Positions 30,790 to 49,056 of a DNA stretch of 64,000 nucleotides are shown here, piece after piece. The translations under genes and the position numbers were made by a program. The stretch's first letter is position 1. Each line of letters starts with the position of its first letter. Origin of the DNA: the human T2T-CHM13v2.0 reference genome, Homo sapiens; the NCBI RefSeq assembly GCF_009914755.1, contig NC_060944.1. One strand, 5' to 3'. The notes beneath the pieces are model-generated. The model was not told where the DNA came from. It saw only the letters and a program-made list of their open reading frames with translations, and searched no databases.

Positions 30790-31090
30790 GTAGAGGGGCT
30801 GGAGCCTGTGCGCCTGGCTTCAGATCCCAGACCCACTTTCTATTAGGTTGGTGCAAAAGTAATAACAGATTTTTACATTACTTTCAATGGCAAAAACTGC
30901 AATTACTTTTGCACCAACCTAATAGCTGTGTGTTTTGGACTCCTTACCTAACCTCTCTGTGCCTGGGTTTCTTAAACTGTAAACAGGAGATAACGATGGT
31001 CTCCACCTTATGGGTTGCTGTGAGACGTAAATGGGTGAACACATGTGCACTATTTAAGACAGTGTCTGGCATATAGAAGCCCCCAGTAAA
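30790..31090 (+). mobile_element. MIR interrupted by MADE1
   Basis: TTACCTAACCTCTCTGTGCCTGGGTTTCTTAAACTGTAAA..ACAGTGTCTGGCATATAG. Confidence 0.7.
30843..30922. mobile_element. MADE1 (Hsmar1-derived palindromic MITE)
   Basis: TTAGGTTGGTGCAAAAGTAAT..ATTACTTTTGCACCAACCTAA, 80 bp, flanked by TA on both sides. Confidence 0.95.
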
Positions 31091-31529
31091 TGTCAATTTG
31101 ATTATTTCAATCAAGTGGAGAAGACATGTGAAGCAGTAAATGTCTGATTCCATACCTGTGGCAGGATGGCAGCCACCTGTTGTGACCCAAGCCCTGCACT
31201 GTTTGTCCAGCCTTCACCATATAGCTGTCCCCATCTGGCAGATGAGGAAGCTGAGCCTTGGAGCTGGTCAGAGGCTTAGACGGGGTCCCGAAGCTTGAAG
31301 GGTGGGACTGAGGTTCAAGCCAGGATTGTGTGACTTGAAAGTCGATGTCCTTTTCTTCTGGGCACCACTGAAGGTTGGACTGGCTTGGCCCAGACTGCCT
31401 TCCCTTTTGACAGGGTAGTTCGTCAAGCCATATTTTCTGAGCACTGCTGTGGGCCAGGCACTATGATCAAGACACAGTGGCCTGGAGGGCTGTCCGCGTG
31501 ATTTGTGAGGCTCCTTGTTCAAACATTAA

Positions 31530-31880
<351 letters not shown>

Positions 31881-32068
31881 AATATTCAGACTTTCAAGAA
31901 AGCAGAGCATTGAATGCAGTGCAGGGCCCTTACGAATGCGGGGCCACATGCCGCTTGCCAGGTCTCACGACCATGAGGCCGGCCCTGTCTGCCTGCGTGA
32001 TGCTTGGGTATGTGTGTGTCTTTTGGGGCTATGATACCATCAGTAAGGTAAGGAAGACATGATATTAA

Positions 32069-32374
<306 letters not shown>

Positions 32375-32634
32375 GAGGAAGACATAATATTAATATTGAT
32401 ACTCAAACCAAGACAGCACAACAAGCGCTATAAAGGGAGGCCCTAGGCTTTGTGCAGAAGCCACAAAGAAACACACACCTTGCTTAGTCTGAGATTCTTT
32501 GCTTGAAAATGAATTCTCATGGGGAATTTTCTGCAACCCAGGACACTTTTAGAGGAATTCAGAAACATTTACCGAGAGCTGCGTGTGTTTTAGGTGCTGA
32601 GAGATGATGCTGAAGCCAAAAGAGGCATGGTCTG

Positions 32635-33052
32635 TGTGATGCTTAATACTGAGTGTCGACTTGATTGGATTGAAGGGTGCACTATTGATCCTGGGAGTGT
32701 CTGTGAGTGTTAACTCAGATTAACATTTGAGTCAGTGAGCTGGGGAAGGCAGAGCCACCCTTAATCGGGTGGGCACCACCTAATCAGCTGCCAGGGAACA
32801 TAAAGCAGGCAGAAAAAATGTGAAAAGAGAGCATGGCCTAGCCTCCCAGCCTACATCTTTCTCCAGTGCTGGATGCTTCCTGCCCTTGGACATCGGACTC
32901 CAGGTTCTTCAGTTTTGGAACTCAGACTGGCTTTCCTTGCTCCGCAGCCTGCAGATGGCCTATTGTGGGACCTTGTGATTGCGTAAGTTAATACTTAATA
33001 AACTCCTATATATATCCTATTAGTTCTGTCCCTCTAAGAGAACCCTAATACA
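32635..33052 (+). mobile_element. MLT2A1 (HERV-L) solo LTR, full length, inserted in L2
   Basis: TG..CA termini with perfect 5-bp TSD GTCTG; TTAATACTGAGTGTC, TTGATTGGATTGA, GGCCTAGCCTCCCAGCCTACATCTTTCTCC, TACTTAATAAACTCC. Confidence 0.92.
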
Positions 33053-33341
33053 GTCTGTCTCCTGCAGCTCATGGTCTAACTGGGAGACAGATGATAGGCA
33101 TTAACCAAATGATCCGATGAATGGATGAGCAGGTACAGGTGTGATAAGTGTGGGGCCAGGGAGAGAAGGGGTGCTCTGGTTGCTTTTAAAAAGGGGCTTT
33201 GACCCAGTTTGCCAGGGATGTCTTTGCTGGGGGGAGCGCCAAAGCTTGAGCAGACTTTGACCAGATGCAAAGCAGAGAGAACAGTGTCCCAGGCAGAAGG
33301 CCGATGTGTGCCAAAGCCCAGAGGGGGACGGAGGAGCCTCA

Positions 33342-33743
<402 letters not shown>

Positions 33744-35097
33744 CTACAGCCACTCAAAGATTTCATCCTCGGAGCACTGTAAAGCCAGTGACCGAGTTTA
33801 GCAGGAATTAACTGACGCAATCAGTGTTCTGAAGAGGTCACTCTATTCTCTTCTGCCGCCTTCCCTCCTCTCCTACCCACTGGGACCCTCGGACTGGTTC
33901 CAAGGAGCAGAGAGGCTGAGATTTACCACGACGTGACAGAAAGGGCTGTCATTTCATTTGAGCCAGCCTGCTGCACAATGATTGTCATCTTGCCAATTAC
34001 CATCCTGTTTCCAAAAGCACTTTATTGCTGGAGGAATGAATGGGGCTCGATATGGCCTTATATAACAGTTGGACTTCCCTCGCCGGCTTGAAAACAGAGC
34101 TCCTGTCAGACTATCAGCCCATAAGAGCATGCCTTGGATCTGATAAACAGACGTTGGCAAATGGGAGGTTGGAAGGTGGTGCCAAGCTCTGTGGTTTGGA
34201 CTGGTCCTATGAGCGAAACAATCGAAGCAGCTAACCATCTGCAGGAGGGAAAAGAGGAAGGGAAACTCAGCCTGAGACACAAAGAGGAAGTGTGGGAGAC
34301 AGAGGGGCCGCAGTGGACGAGGTCCCAGTCCCAGCCCCGTTACTACAGCCTTGCAGACTACTGCCTGCCCACCAGCAGGATGCCACGTTTGTAGGGCGAG
34401 TAGACGTTCTGTTGATTTCACTAACCTTCCTTCCTGTGGTGCCTCCTTCAGGAATAAAGGGGTGGATGAGGTTGCAAGGATGGAGATGGGAAGGAAGATT
34501 GGTGGACAATTTTGTAGAGAGCTTTTGCAGATGATGAGTTGCCCTTCGTACTTGCTGATGTTCACTTAGAAGCTGTAAAGCCTTTACTGCTGTTGCCATT
34601 GGATGGTTTTGGACTGAGCTAGGCACATTCTCTTGCACAGGGCTACTTGAGACCATGGCCAACTTGTCAGAGGCTTGGCTGCAAGTCTACCCTGCTGGCC
34701 TGTTAGGAGTTCAGGGAACCACACAGAGACCCCACTTGGGCATACTTATAGGACAACATCTATCATTTGGATGGACAGCGGACAGAGACAAGATCTGCTC
34801 AACCAAATCCACTTCCCCAGCTTTTATCATGTAGGCCACTGTTAGGCATGTATTCTCTTAAATGCAGCCCAAAGCATCCCCAGTGAATACACCAGAGGGC
34901 CCCCTGAATATTCTTGCCAAAGCCTTTGAGTGTGCAAGGCCTTGAGCCAGCAAGTGAGAATTCCATTCCTTGTGTTATGCTGCCTTGGTGGAAGCAGTGC
35001 TGTTTGGCTCTTGATACAATGCATGGTTTAGAGAAGCAGCTCTTCAGATTTTATTCCTGGAGCCCTCTTCTTTTTAAGACCGATCATGTGGCTAGAG

Positions 35098-35279
35098 CAG
35101 GCTTCTCTGCCTGGGCACTGTTGACCTTAAGGGCGAGATCATTTCATGTTGTGGAATTATGTTCCATGTGGTGGGGCATCCCTGTCTTCCACTCACTAGA
35201 TGCCAGTAACACTCTCCCCTAGTTGTGACAACCAGAAATGTCCCCAGGAGGCAGAACTGTTTCCTGTTGAGAACCTTTG
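35098..35279 (+). mobile_element. MER20 (hAT-Charlie)
   Basis: CACTAGATGCCAGTAAC..AGTTGTGACAACCAGAAATGTC..GTTGAGAACC. Confidence 0.8.
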
Positions 35280-35674
35280 GACTAGAGGAATAATCTGGAA
35301 TCAGATTTGTATACAGTCTACCAAAATTCTGAGCGTCCTTCTCTCCTGACCTGCCTGTTTCTTTACCTGTGTCAAGACTGCCATGCGATCTTGGTTACAT
35401 CCTCATTCACAGCTAGGATGACTGTCACAGGACTCTCATGCAGAGGGAGGGCCATCTTCCTACGGCCTCATTGGTTTTCCAGAAACGCTTGAGCAAATTC
35501 CGGGTCACTGCTGGGCAGAAGTGAGGACTTGAGAAAGTATTCAGACAGCTGCTTCCGAGCTCCTCTCACAGTTAGACTGAGATGGAGGACAGCTGAGAGG
35601 CTCAGTAATGTCCATGGATTTGGCCCCAAATTGGCTATGGAGAGTAGGTTGGAAGTTTAAAAAACAATAATAGA

Positions 35675-35906
35675 TTTTCTTTTCTTTTTAGACAGAGTCT
35701 CATTCTGTTGCCCAAGCTGGAGTGCAGTGGTGCGATCTCATGTCTGAGTCTCCCCAGTAGCTGGGATTACAGGCGTGTGCCACTATGCCCAGCTAATTTT
35801 TGTATTTTTAGTAGAGATGGGGTTTTGCCATGCTGGCCTCAAGAAATCCACCCGCCTCGGCCTCCCGAAGTGCTGGGATTATAGGCATGAGCCACTGTGC
35901 CCAGAC
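35675..35906 (-). mobile_element. Alu with two internal deletions
   Basis: Shortened dimer. Confidence 0.9.
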
Positions 35907-36812
35907 AATAATATAATTTCTTGTTAGAGGCCGTCACTCCTGGATTTGAGATGAGTTAGGTGTCAAAACCGGAAGTGGAGATTTGGTAGAGTGAAGAGGC
36001 ATTTCCAGCACCCAAATGGGCCTTGAGAATCAAGAGACCTCATTGCAAGGAAATGGTCTTGGATGGGAAGTGCAGGCCCTGCCACCGGTGTGGCTCACTC
36101 TCCCCACAACGCCAAACAGCAGCCCAGTCTCAACGGGGGAACCTGGGTGTGTTGGGGTTTTTGTCTAACATCTTGGAATGATTCATTCATCTTCTGCTCT
36201 CAATCAAATCCACTGGCCTTGTTGAAGACCTTCCCATCATCACAGAACCCTGTTTTGTATAAAATAAATTGGAACCACTGGCGTTGAATGGAGCAAAAAA
36301 TAGAGCTCTGTGAGAAATACTTGCTGTCCAGTAAGCCGGGGGCGGCTTTTCTTTACCAATGCCTCCTTCCCTTTGAAAACAGGAAGTCACCATGGCCAAA
36401 AGTAAATGAGTTTCCAGCCGGCTGGGTCAAAATCCAGACTCCACCTCCCACTCCCACCTGTGGGCTCCATGTCAACCTGCCCAACTTTCTCTTTGGGTCT
36501 TGACACCAGCGGCTGACTAAGCCCCTGTCAACGCAGCCCTCCTCTTTGATCTGACCTTTCTGGCACTGTCTCTGTTCTTGTTCAGAGGGAAGCTTCCATC
36601 TTCCTCCTCATGTCTCCTCTTGGCCCCCTTTCCTAATCCTTGGAGTGCAGGCAAAACTCTGAATGTGTTTTTTCCTCAGATAAATTGTAAAAAGGGGCAG
36701 GTGCCAGAGCTGTCCAGCCAGCACTCAGTATTCTTACCCACCCTGGCTTAGGGTTGAAGAGGAGAACTGTCTGAATTCTTCATACAGGTCTCTGACCTAA
36801 GACATTTCATGA

Positions 36813-37170
<358 letters not shown>

Positions 37171-37296
37171 ACAAACTTTCTTAGATAAACAAAGAAATTT
37201 ATTGACTTATGTGGTTGAAAAGGCCAGTGGCTTCAGGCACGGCTGGATCCAGGGGCTGAAGGATGCCATCCGGAATCATTCTCTATTTCTCTCTCT

Positions 37297-37586
37297 CTTT
37301 TTTCTGGAGACAGGGTCTTACTTTGGCCCCCAGGCAGGAGTGCAGTGGCACAATCACAGCTCACTGCAGCCTTGACCTCCTGGGTTCAAGCAATCCCTGC
37401 CTCAGTCCCCCAAGCAGCTGGGAATACAGGCATGCTCCACCATGCCCTGTTAATTTTTGTATATATTTTAGAGATGAGATTTTGTCGTGTTACCCATGCT
37501 AGCCTCGAACTTCTGAGCTCAAGCGATTTGCCTGCCTCAGCTTCCCAAAGTGCTGGGAATCCAGGCATGAACCACCATGCCCAGCC
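37297..37586 (-). mobile_element. AluJ-like, inside an old MLT1-type LTR
   Basis: Diverged dimer; TSD ATTCTCTAT(T/C)TCTC. Confidence 0.9.
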
Positions 37587-38197
37587 ATTCTCTATCTCTC
37601 AATATTGCTTTCCTCTCCTGGCTTTCTTCTAAGGCAGATTGTGCCCTGTGAAACCCTGACCACCAACTTTCAGCTTACACCCTATCACTGTAGAAAGTCC
37701 AGGCAAAATGCACATTGGACAGGCAAAAATGGTGGTGCTGCTGCTGGTCACTACCCAGACAATAGATGTCATGCAGCTGCCTGTGCTTGTTTTGTTTTAA
37801 AATTTCTCTTTATGTTTTCTGGTCCTTCTCAAACTTTGAACAGTGAACATGGGCTTAGTCAGAGATATATTGGTTACAAACAGCAGACACCTACTCAAAC
37901 TAGCTTAAGCACTAAATACTTTCTTTTTCCAGGGATTTAATGGTCACTTGGGAAATCAAGGGCAGGTAGTGAGGCCTGACTTTGTGGAGATTGTCAGAGG
38001 AAATCAGGAATCCATTAAGAATCAGCACTGTCATCTCACTTTCTCTTCATGATCATTCGCCTCTGATCATCCTCCGGCATTAGATCCAGTCTTCCTCTCT
38101 GTCTGATTGTTTTGCTTTTCTATGCTGGTGAGAGGACGCCTCTTAAACAGGTACCCAGAGGTAGAGGTGGCGCTTGGGCTTCCGGGTACCTCTTGCT

Positions 38198-38441
38198 GGG
38201 ATCTTAACTCACTGCAACCTCTGCCTCCTGAGTTGAAGCTGTTCTCGTGCCTCAGCCTCCAGAACAGCTGGGACCAAAAGTGTGTGTGGCACCACACCAA
38301 GCTAATTTTTTTGTATTTTTTAGTAGAGATGGGTTTTCGCCATGTTGGCCAGGCTGGTCTCAAACTCCTGACCTCAAGTGATCCGCCCAACTCGGCCTCC
38401 CAAGGTGCTGGGATTATAGGTGTGAGCCACTATGCCCAGAC
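38198..38441 (-). mobile_element. Alu lacking its 3' end
   Basis: Partial dimer, no tail. Confidence 0.9.
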
Positions 38442-38539
38442 TAGAGTACTTGTTTACCAGGTATTTGAAGACTAAACAGACAACAGATTAATAACCAAAA
38501 CAGCAGGTGTAATTTTATAAATAGAAAAATTAAAGATCA

Positions 38540-38849
<310 letters not shown>

Positions 38850-38899
38850 TCAAGCAGATAAAAAACATACTAGACAAATCACAAGATTTACTACTTTTA

Positions 38900-39715
<816 letters not shown>

Positions 39716-39854
39716 ACTTCTTAAATCAACCCCTTTCTTAACCTATTGTGTTTATTCGTCCACATAGTGTCTCTGCACTTGATGCATGACTCTGCATTTG
39801 ATGCAAGAAGGGAAATAGAATGTCATACCGTTGTCATACCATTGAAATGCATTT

Positions 39855-40400
<546 letters not shown>

Positions 40401-40736
40401 TTACAGCAGAGTTTTTTTGTTTAAAAAAAAATTCCCCTTTTCAAAATATGTGGTTTTCTCAAGGGACGAGAGCATTCTGTCTAAAGCACTGTTGCCCTCA
40501 AAAAGAAAGACTGGAATGAGCTTTGGTTTCTTTTCCATTGTGACAATTCCCAGATTTGAATAATTCACCACAAGCGTAGATCTCTCCCAAGTCTCCAGTT
40601 TTCAAAGCACTTTGAATTTGTGGAAAAACAGAGTTATCCGGATGGTTGGGGCTGGCAGTTCTCTGGGGGACAAAGTGTGCTATAGAAATACATGATTGCC
40701 TAAAGAAACTGCTTTGTAAGCCTCCCTACAAGATAA

Positions 40737-41039
<303 letters not shown>

Positions 41040-41339
41040 AGATAAGAGGAGCTTTTTTTTTTTAACAAACAAACAATCCTGCACCCAACTGCTCTGTGTT
41101 GGATTTAAGACTTAATTTAGATTATTATTTACAAATTTCCAGAGTCAAGTATATTTCATTTTTTATCAGTAATTCTTATCATTTATCTAGGATTTTTACT
41201 TGAACCACTGGTAATGCTGATTCTATGATCTTTAATTTTTCCTATTTATAAAACACCTCTGTGCCCCCAACAACTTCATCATTGTTTTTCTTTTTTTCCC
41301 CTCAAGCTATTTTGGAGCTAAATAAAAATTTAACATTCG

Positions 41340-41560
41340 GGCCGGGCGCGGTGGCTCACGCCTGTAATCCCAGCACTTTGGGATGCCCAGGAGGGTGAAT
41401 CACGAGGTCAGGAGTTCGAGACCATCCTGGCCAACATGGTGAAACCCCGTCTCTACTAAAGATACAAAAAATTAGCTGGGCGTGGTGGCGGGTGCCTGTA
41501 ATCCCAGGTACTTGGGAGGCTGAGGCAGGAGAATGGCGTGAACCCGGGAGGCGGAGGTTT
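41340..41560 (+). mobile_element. Alu, 3'-truncated
   Basis: CpG-rich start GGCCGGGCGCGGTGGCTCACG; ends abruptly after GGCGGAGGTT. Confidence 0.92.
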
Positions 41561-44250
41561 CAGGTTACATTTTTCATATATGGCAGCCAACCTGCTTTGC
41601 TAAAGCTGCCAAATATTTCATGTCTAAAAAGGGAAATAAAAGACACTTTGAGGTATAAGGAAGTAGAGGACTAGATGAAGGATAATGCCGTTTTGAAGGG
41701 TGTGTTTATGGAAGGAAAATATTGTGTATTTTTGGGTGTTTGGAAAGCCCCAGAATGGTGGATTTTACTAATAGAAGTTTGTTGCCCTGCTCATGAGCTA
41801 CTTTGCTTCTGTAGGTATCCACCAAGCTCCCAAGTGGGCTAGCACATAGTGCAGGCTGAAGAGTGAGCAGGATGAGTGAGCCCACGTCTTATCTCTGCAG
41901 GATCCTCTTCTTACACATTGACTTCATCAGCAGGCTTCTGGTGAAAGACAGTGATGGCAAGTGACTGAAATCCAAGATGATGATCCATTGGCTTCCCCCA
42001 AATCAAGGAGGGGCCAACTAACCAAGCCACGAGAGGCATGACACTGCTGCTGGGCCTCACGAATGGTCTGGAACCAAGGGATGGGTCGGTGATATTCTTC
42101 TGGCAGAAAAGGCGGGCATCAACTTGCACAAGGTAGACCTCTCATTGGCTCAGCTTGGGTCAGGTGACTGCTCCTGGACTACGGGATTGGTTCATCTGGA
42201 AACCGGGCTGCCATAGGAACCATAGGGTCCAGAGGGGCGGGGTATTAACAGGAAAACTAGGAGTTCCGTTTTCAGAGGAAGGAGAGTGGTCTGGGCAGAC
42301 AAAACTGTTAAGGTCCATGACACTAACTTAATGATGAGCATATAAGTAGAAAGTTATAGATGTCGCCACGTCTGGTGTTTTCTCAGTTTTTTTCCTAGAG
42401 AGGAAAGTAAACATATTATTCTGTTTTAATAGGTTGCCAGGTGGCCCATCCTATAATCCCATATCCTCACGTTCTGTTAATATGTTGGTATTTTTCCTTC
42501 TAGTCTTTTCTTTTCTCCACCCCCCACTCCAGGCTATGGTTTCTTAGGCTGCCGGTTTTTGCTTTGCATGAAGCTAGACTGACTTTTGGGTTCTTAGCTA
42601 ACTTCCAAATCTGTGAGCTTTTTTCAAATGAAGTTGGAATAGTCTCCCTAGCCAGCTATATTGACAGGAAACTAGGTGAAAAGATCTTTGAATAAATTGT
42701 TTGTCTCTGCTTGCCAATTCTAGTGAATCTTGAAATATGACTCTCAAAGAGACCATTGAAAATGACCTGGAAACTTTGGCCACTTGGTCCCATGAAATAG
42801 AGGGCCCCCAAAGTTTGGTATAACAAAATCACTTCCAAATTTTAACCTAGACATTACAGGCTGGAAGGACTGCAGGCCAAATGTGACCCAGATGTGTTCT
42901 GTTTGCCTCATACAGCTAAAAAATTTCAAATTAATTACCAACCTTTGAAATCAAGAGCTTTTATCTGAATTTTGATCTTCTCTCTAGATATGGGGAGATG
43001 TGGCCGTGCCTGGTCAGCCTTCCTGAACCACACATTGGCTGGATTGCTGTGGGTGGGGCAGACTTTGTTGCTACAGAACCCCAGACCCCGCTGTTACCCA
43101 CTGGAGTTATTTACAAGGCCTGCCGGATGCCTGTACGTCAGTGGCTTCAATCCGGCCACTCTCATTGGCTTGCTGCTCCTGGAGTTGCCCATGCTGAGAA
43201 CCGTTCTGTTCCACCCAGCCAGCAGCCAGTGGAAATTTCCTGACCCCTCCTGGGCCTGAAGCCCCAGAGCCAGGACCGGACCTTTGTGGATACTGATGGC
43301 TGGAGAAAATGTCTGTAAGACTCTCAGTAGAGAAATGCTAGGTGCAAAACTGCACAGGGCCTATCATCCTAGGGTAATTTAGAAATACGTGCATATAAAA
43401 TTATCCCTATCTTGATGTTTCTGTTTGGGTTGTTACCTCTGTTCCCTGATCTTCATATCTACACCAACATTTTAACAATGTAGAATTCCGGTACATGTGC
43501 ATTTCACTTCTAATTTACATACACTCCAAAGAATTTTCCAAAAATGTTCTCATTGCATATTTTGCTTATGTATATACACTCTTCAGCGTGCATGCCCTCC
43601 ACTCCCATGCCTTAGCCACACCTCATCCCTAGTGGACAGGAACCCATTTCCACGCCCAGCTGTTATCTATACTTTATCCTGCACAGGTTGTACACACAAA
43701 CCCTGCTTACTGCATTTTGTGCATGATTTATGGGATTTTCAAGAGTAATTCTGACCACGCCCAGTTCTTTTTAAGTGCACTGATTGAGAACTCAAGGTAA
43801 TTCTTGGGGAGATAGGGCAAGAAGACCAGAAACCAGGAAGAAGGCAGGAAAAAGACAAGATCTGGGTCTGCGTGGGACTTCCATTCTAGGAAGTGGGAGT
43901 TTTCAGCTGAGCATAGCAAGGATTTGAATCTGGGCTTGCGAGGTCCAGAGGCATTTGCATACTTCCCTAGCGTTGATGAATTGAGCTAACTCACACACAC
44001 CAGGTATCCACACATCTTGGAACCAGATAGTAGATGGGAAAACATGGAAACACGGCATAAACACAGGAAACAATGAGAGGTTAACAGTGTATTTTTTGCT
44101 TGTTATCTGTGTGACCTAAAGCATGTATTGAACCTCTCTGATATCACTTTGCTTGGGTCATGTAATGGGCCCATTATAGTGGGTTCCTTATGTGGTTGTG
44201 GTGTTCATGGAGATTAGAAATAGCAATAACACCCACCATTTATTGGGCAT

Positions 44251-44423
44251 TAAAAAAATATATATATATATAATATATTAATATATATGTGTATATATAT
44301 ATTATATATATTTTTTATATATATGTATATTTTGAGACAGGGTCTCACTCTGTTTCCCAGGCAGGAGTGCAGTGGTGTGATCTCAGCTCGCTGCAGTCTC
44401 CAACTCCTGGGTTCAAGTGATTC
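44251..44423 (-). mobile_element. Short 5'-truncated Alu with (TA)n tail, inserted in a MIR
   Basis: ~80 bp of TA-rich sequence then ~95 bp of Alu 3' end; GGCAT on both sides. Confidence 0.8.
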
Positions 44424-44558
44424 TAGAGGCATGTATTATATTTCAGGTAATGTGCTCAATATTTTATATCCATGATATCACTTCATCCTCTCAATCATAC
44501 AAGGGATAGGTACCATCACTATCTCCATTTTACAGACAAGCAAACTGAGGCTCAGAGG

Positions 44559-45359
<801 letters not shown>

Positions 45360-46359
45360 AATCCCTTGGCAATTTAAAAAATTAAAATATTTAGGAAGTC
45401 CAAATTTATTTTTTACTTTTTAGATAACATACAGAAATAGAACCTCTGATCATTTTTGATGACCTTCAAAAAAATATTTGCTTTCCCAAAGCCTGCTTTC
45501 TCATCTGTAGAGATAATAATGGCCCAACTTCACATCATTGTTGTGAAATTTAAAAAATAATGTCAGTGAATTACTTACTGCAATAAGAGTGCAATCAAAG
45601 TTAAGTCATTATGAGGTCAACGTTGTAAATTTTATTTATATTTACCTGCTTGTTTTACAAAATGGAGCCATACTTCCTATGCTGTTTGCTACCTTGCCTT
45701 CTTTTTTAAAAAATGTAACAGCATATGGTGACATTAGTATATAATCATCAGTGTCATTTATAATAATTGCCATATATTTTGCTGTGTGGATTTTTGATAG
45801 TTATTAAACAAAACCCCTATTGATGGGCATTTTGGTTGTTTGAATCTTTCCCATTCTTACAGGTTTAGGAGACCTTTAATTATGTTTTAGGGTAAATTCC
45901 TACCCAGGGGAACCTTTTCTTCCTACCCCACCCTGGCGTTTCTGGCTCCTCCACTCTGGGAAGGCACAGAAGGTTTGTTTGAAATTGACAAAGAAATCTA
46001 GGCTGGGGACTGTGGGGTGTGGAGGTGGGGGCAGGGGATGGGACTTGGGGATTTTGCTGGTGGCCCAGGTAAAATCAGATAAGGAGGCCGATTATGCATG
46101 CTGATAGAGGCCCAGATAGCCACCGGTTTACAAAATCCTTCTTGCAGATCGTTTTAAAGATGCCCTTCTTTTGTGATTTTAATATGTCCTGACTCCACCC
46201 ACCACTGAAGCTATTCCCAGGTTGATACCTGCGAAGAGCCAGAGAACCAGTGCCCATCTCTTTATCTCTTTCTCTCTGGTTTTCATTCCTCGTCTATTTT
46301 CATTCCACCAAATAGGTTTGGTTTTTAAGCTTTTCCTCAGGAAAATGAAATACAAGATG

Positions 46360-46751
<392 letters not shown>

Positions 46752-47534
46752 TGATGGAGGCACTTTCTTAAGCAGATTGGAGGCCCTGCACCCTGCTAGG
46801 GGCTGGGTCCCCACCCTGGAAGCCTATATTTAGATATCTGAGAGTGAAACAGGAGGGAAAGAAACAAAATGAAGAAAACTTCTGTAAGCCTCAGTTTCCT
46901 CGTGCAAAATGTGGACGTTAATAGTATCTCCTTACCTCGGGGTCACCACGGTATTGGATAAAATAATGCCAGTAAAAGGTGTCCCAGTATCAGAGAAGAT
47001 GGCCATTACTCAAAGGCTTGCTCTAGCAAATGTCAAGCTACAGACAGAAATCAGCGCTCTCAAGGAGAGCTTGAGGGTGAGATTTTGGTCTAGATTTGGG
47101 CATGGCAGTGGCAGTCGGGAGAGGCTTCCCTGGGGAGGCAGCCAGGCCTGCAAACGGTGTTTATCGTTCTCTCCATCTGGCATTAGGGCCAGAGCACTAC
47201 TGTCTCTCTGTTCCCCCAACACGACGCGCTGCCAGCACCCACACTGCTGCAGAGCCTTAGCACAGGCTGCTTGCTCCGCTGGATCACACCCAAACCATGG
47301 CCTGGCTGGCTCCTTGTTGACTTTCAATTCTGAGATGAATGATCATCTCCCTGGAAAAGGCTCTGCCACTCTCCAATGACCCAGCTCTGGTTTATCTTCA
47401 CCGTGCTGATCGCCCCTGCAATCTGTTTGCTTTCAGCTCTTGGACCTGTTCTTCCCTACCCACCCAGGTGCGCTTGGTGCTGTGTGCACAGTAGGTGCTC
47501 GGTCAATATTTGTCCAGGGCATAACACGCCTTCC

Positions 47535-47692
47535 AGCAGTGTGGCTCCAGCTCCGAGGGCATATTCATCATCGGGGGATCTTGTTAGAATCAAGGGTCCA
47601 GTTCAGTAGGTCTGGAGTGGGGCCCAGGAGTCTAAGTGTCTGAGAAGCTTCCAGGTATTGTGATGCTGCAGGTAGGTGGGCCGTGCTTTGGG
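47535..47692 (+). mobile_element. MER5A-like (hAT-Charlie)
   Basis: TTCAGTAGGTCTGGAGTGGGGCCCAGGA..CCAGGTATTGTGATGCTGC. Confidence 0.65.
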
Positions 47693-47791
47693 GTTCAAGA
47701 GTGTGTGAATGGGACAGCTGCGACCTGGGGCGTCAACAGAGGGAGGGGCTGGTTGAAACAGGGAGGGGCTTCATTGAGGAGGAGACCCTGA

Positions 47792-48241
<450 letters not shown>

Positions 48242-48746
48242 TGAGCTTCCTAAAGCCCACAGAGAGCTTGCCATGGCCTCGGGAACACTCAGACTCTTGC
48301 CTACTCCTCCAGCCTGGCGCTAAAGAGGCACCCCCCACAAAAAATTTGCTGAATAAAGGACTGAGTGATGTCATTGGGCCACAATTGACTCCTGGGGCTC
48401 TCTTGTCCCTTCAACTCCACCTCTCATCTGCATGTGTGAACCTCCCAGTTGGACTGGAAAAAGGTTTAGCTCCTCTCTTTATCCTGCAAGGAAGCTCTGC
48501 AGGAAACTCTCCAAGAGGACAATAAGCCCCCTTGCCTTTGCAAAAACATTTTAATACCTGTTATTTTCAGCTGAGTCCCGCACAGATCGGCAGCACCGGT
48601 TTTGAAGGCCACGTGTACTCCAGGTAAGGAGGATGCAGGTGCAGGGGCCAACTGCCTGTGCTTGTTCCCTTACACACTTGTTGTTTTAACTTCTTTGTGC
48701 TTCGATTTTCCCATCTGTGTAATGGGGATAATAAAATGTACCTCCA

Positions 48747-49056
<310 letters not shown>

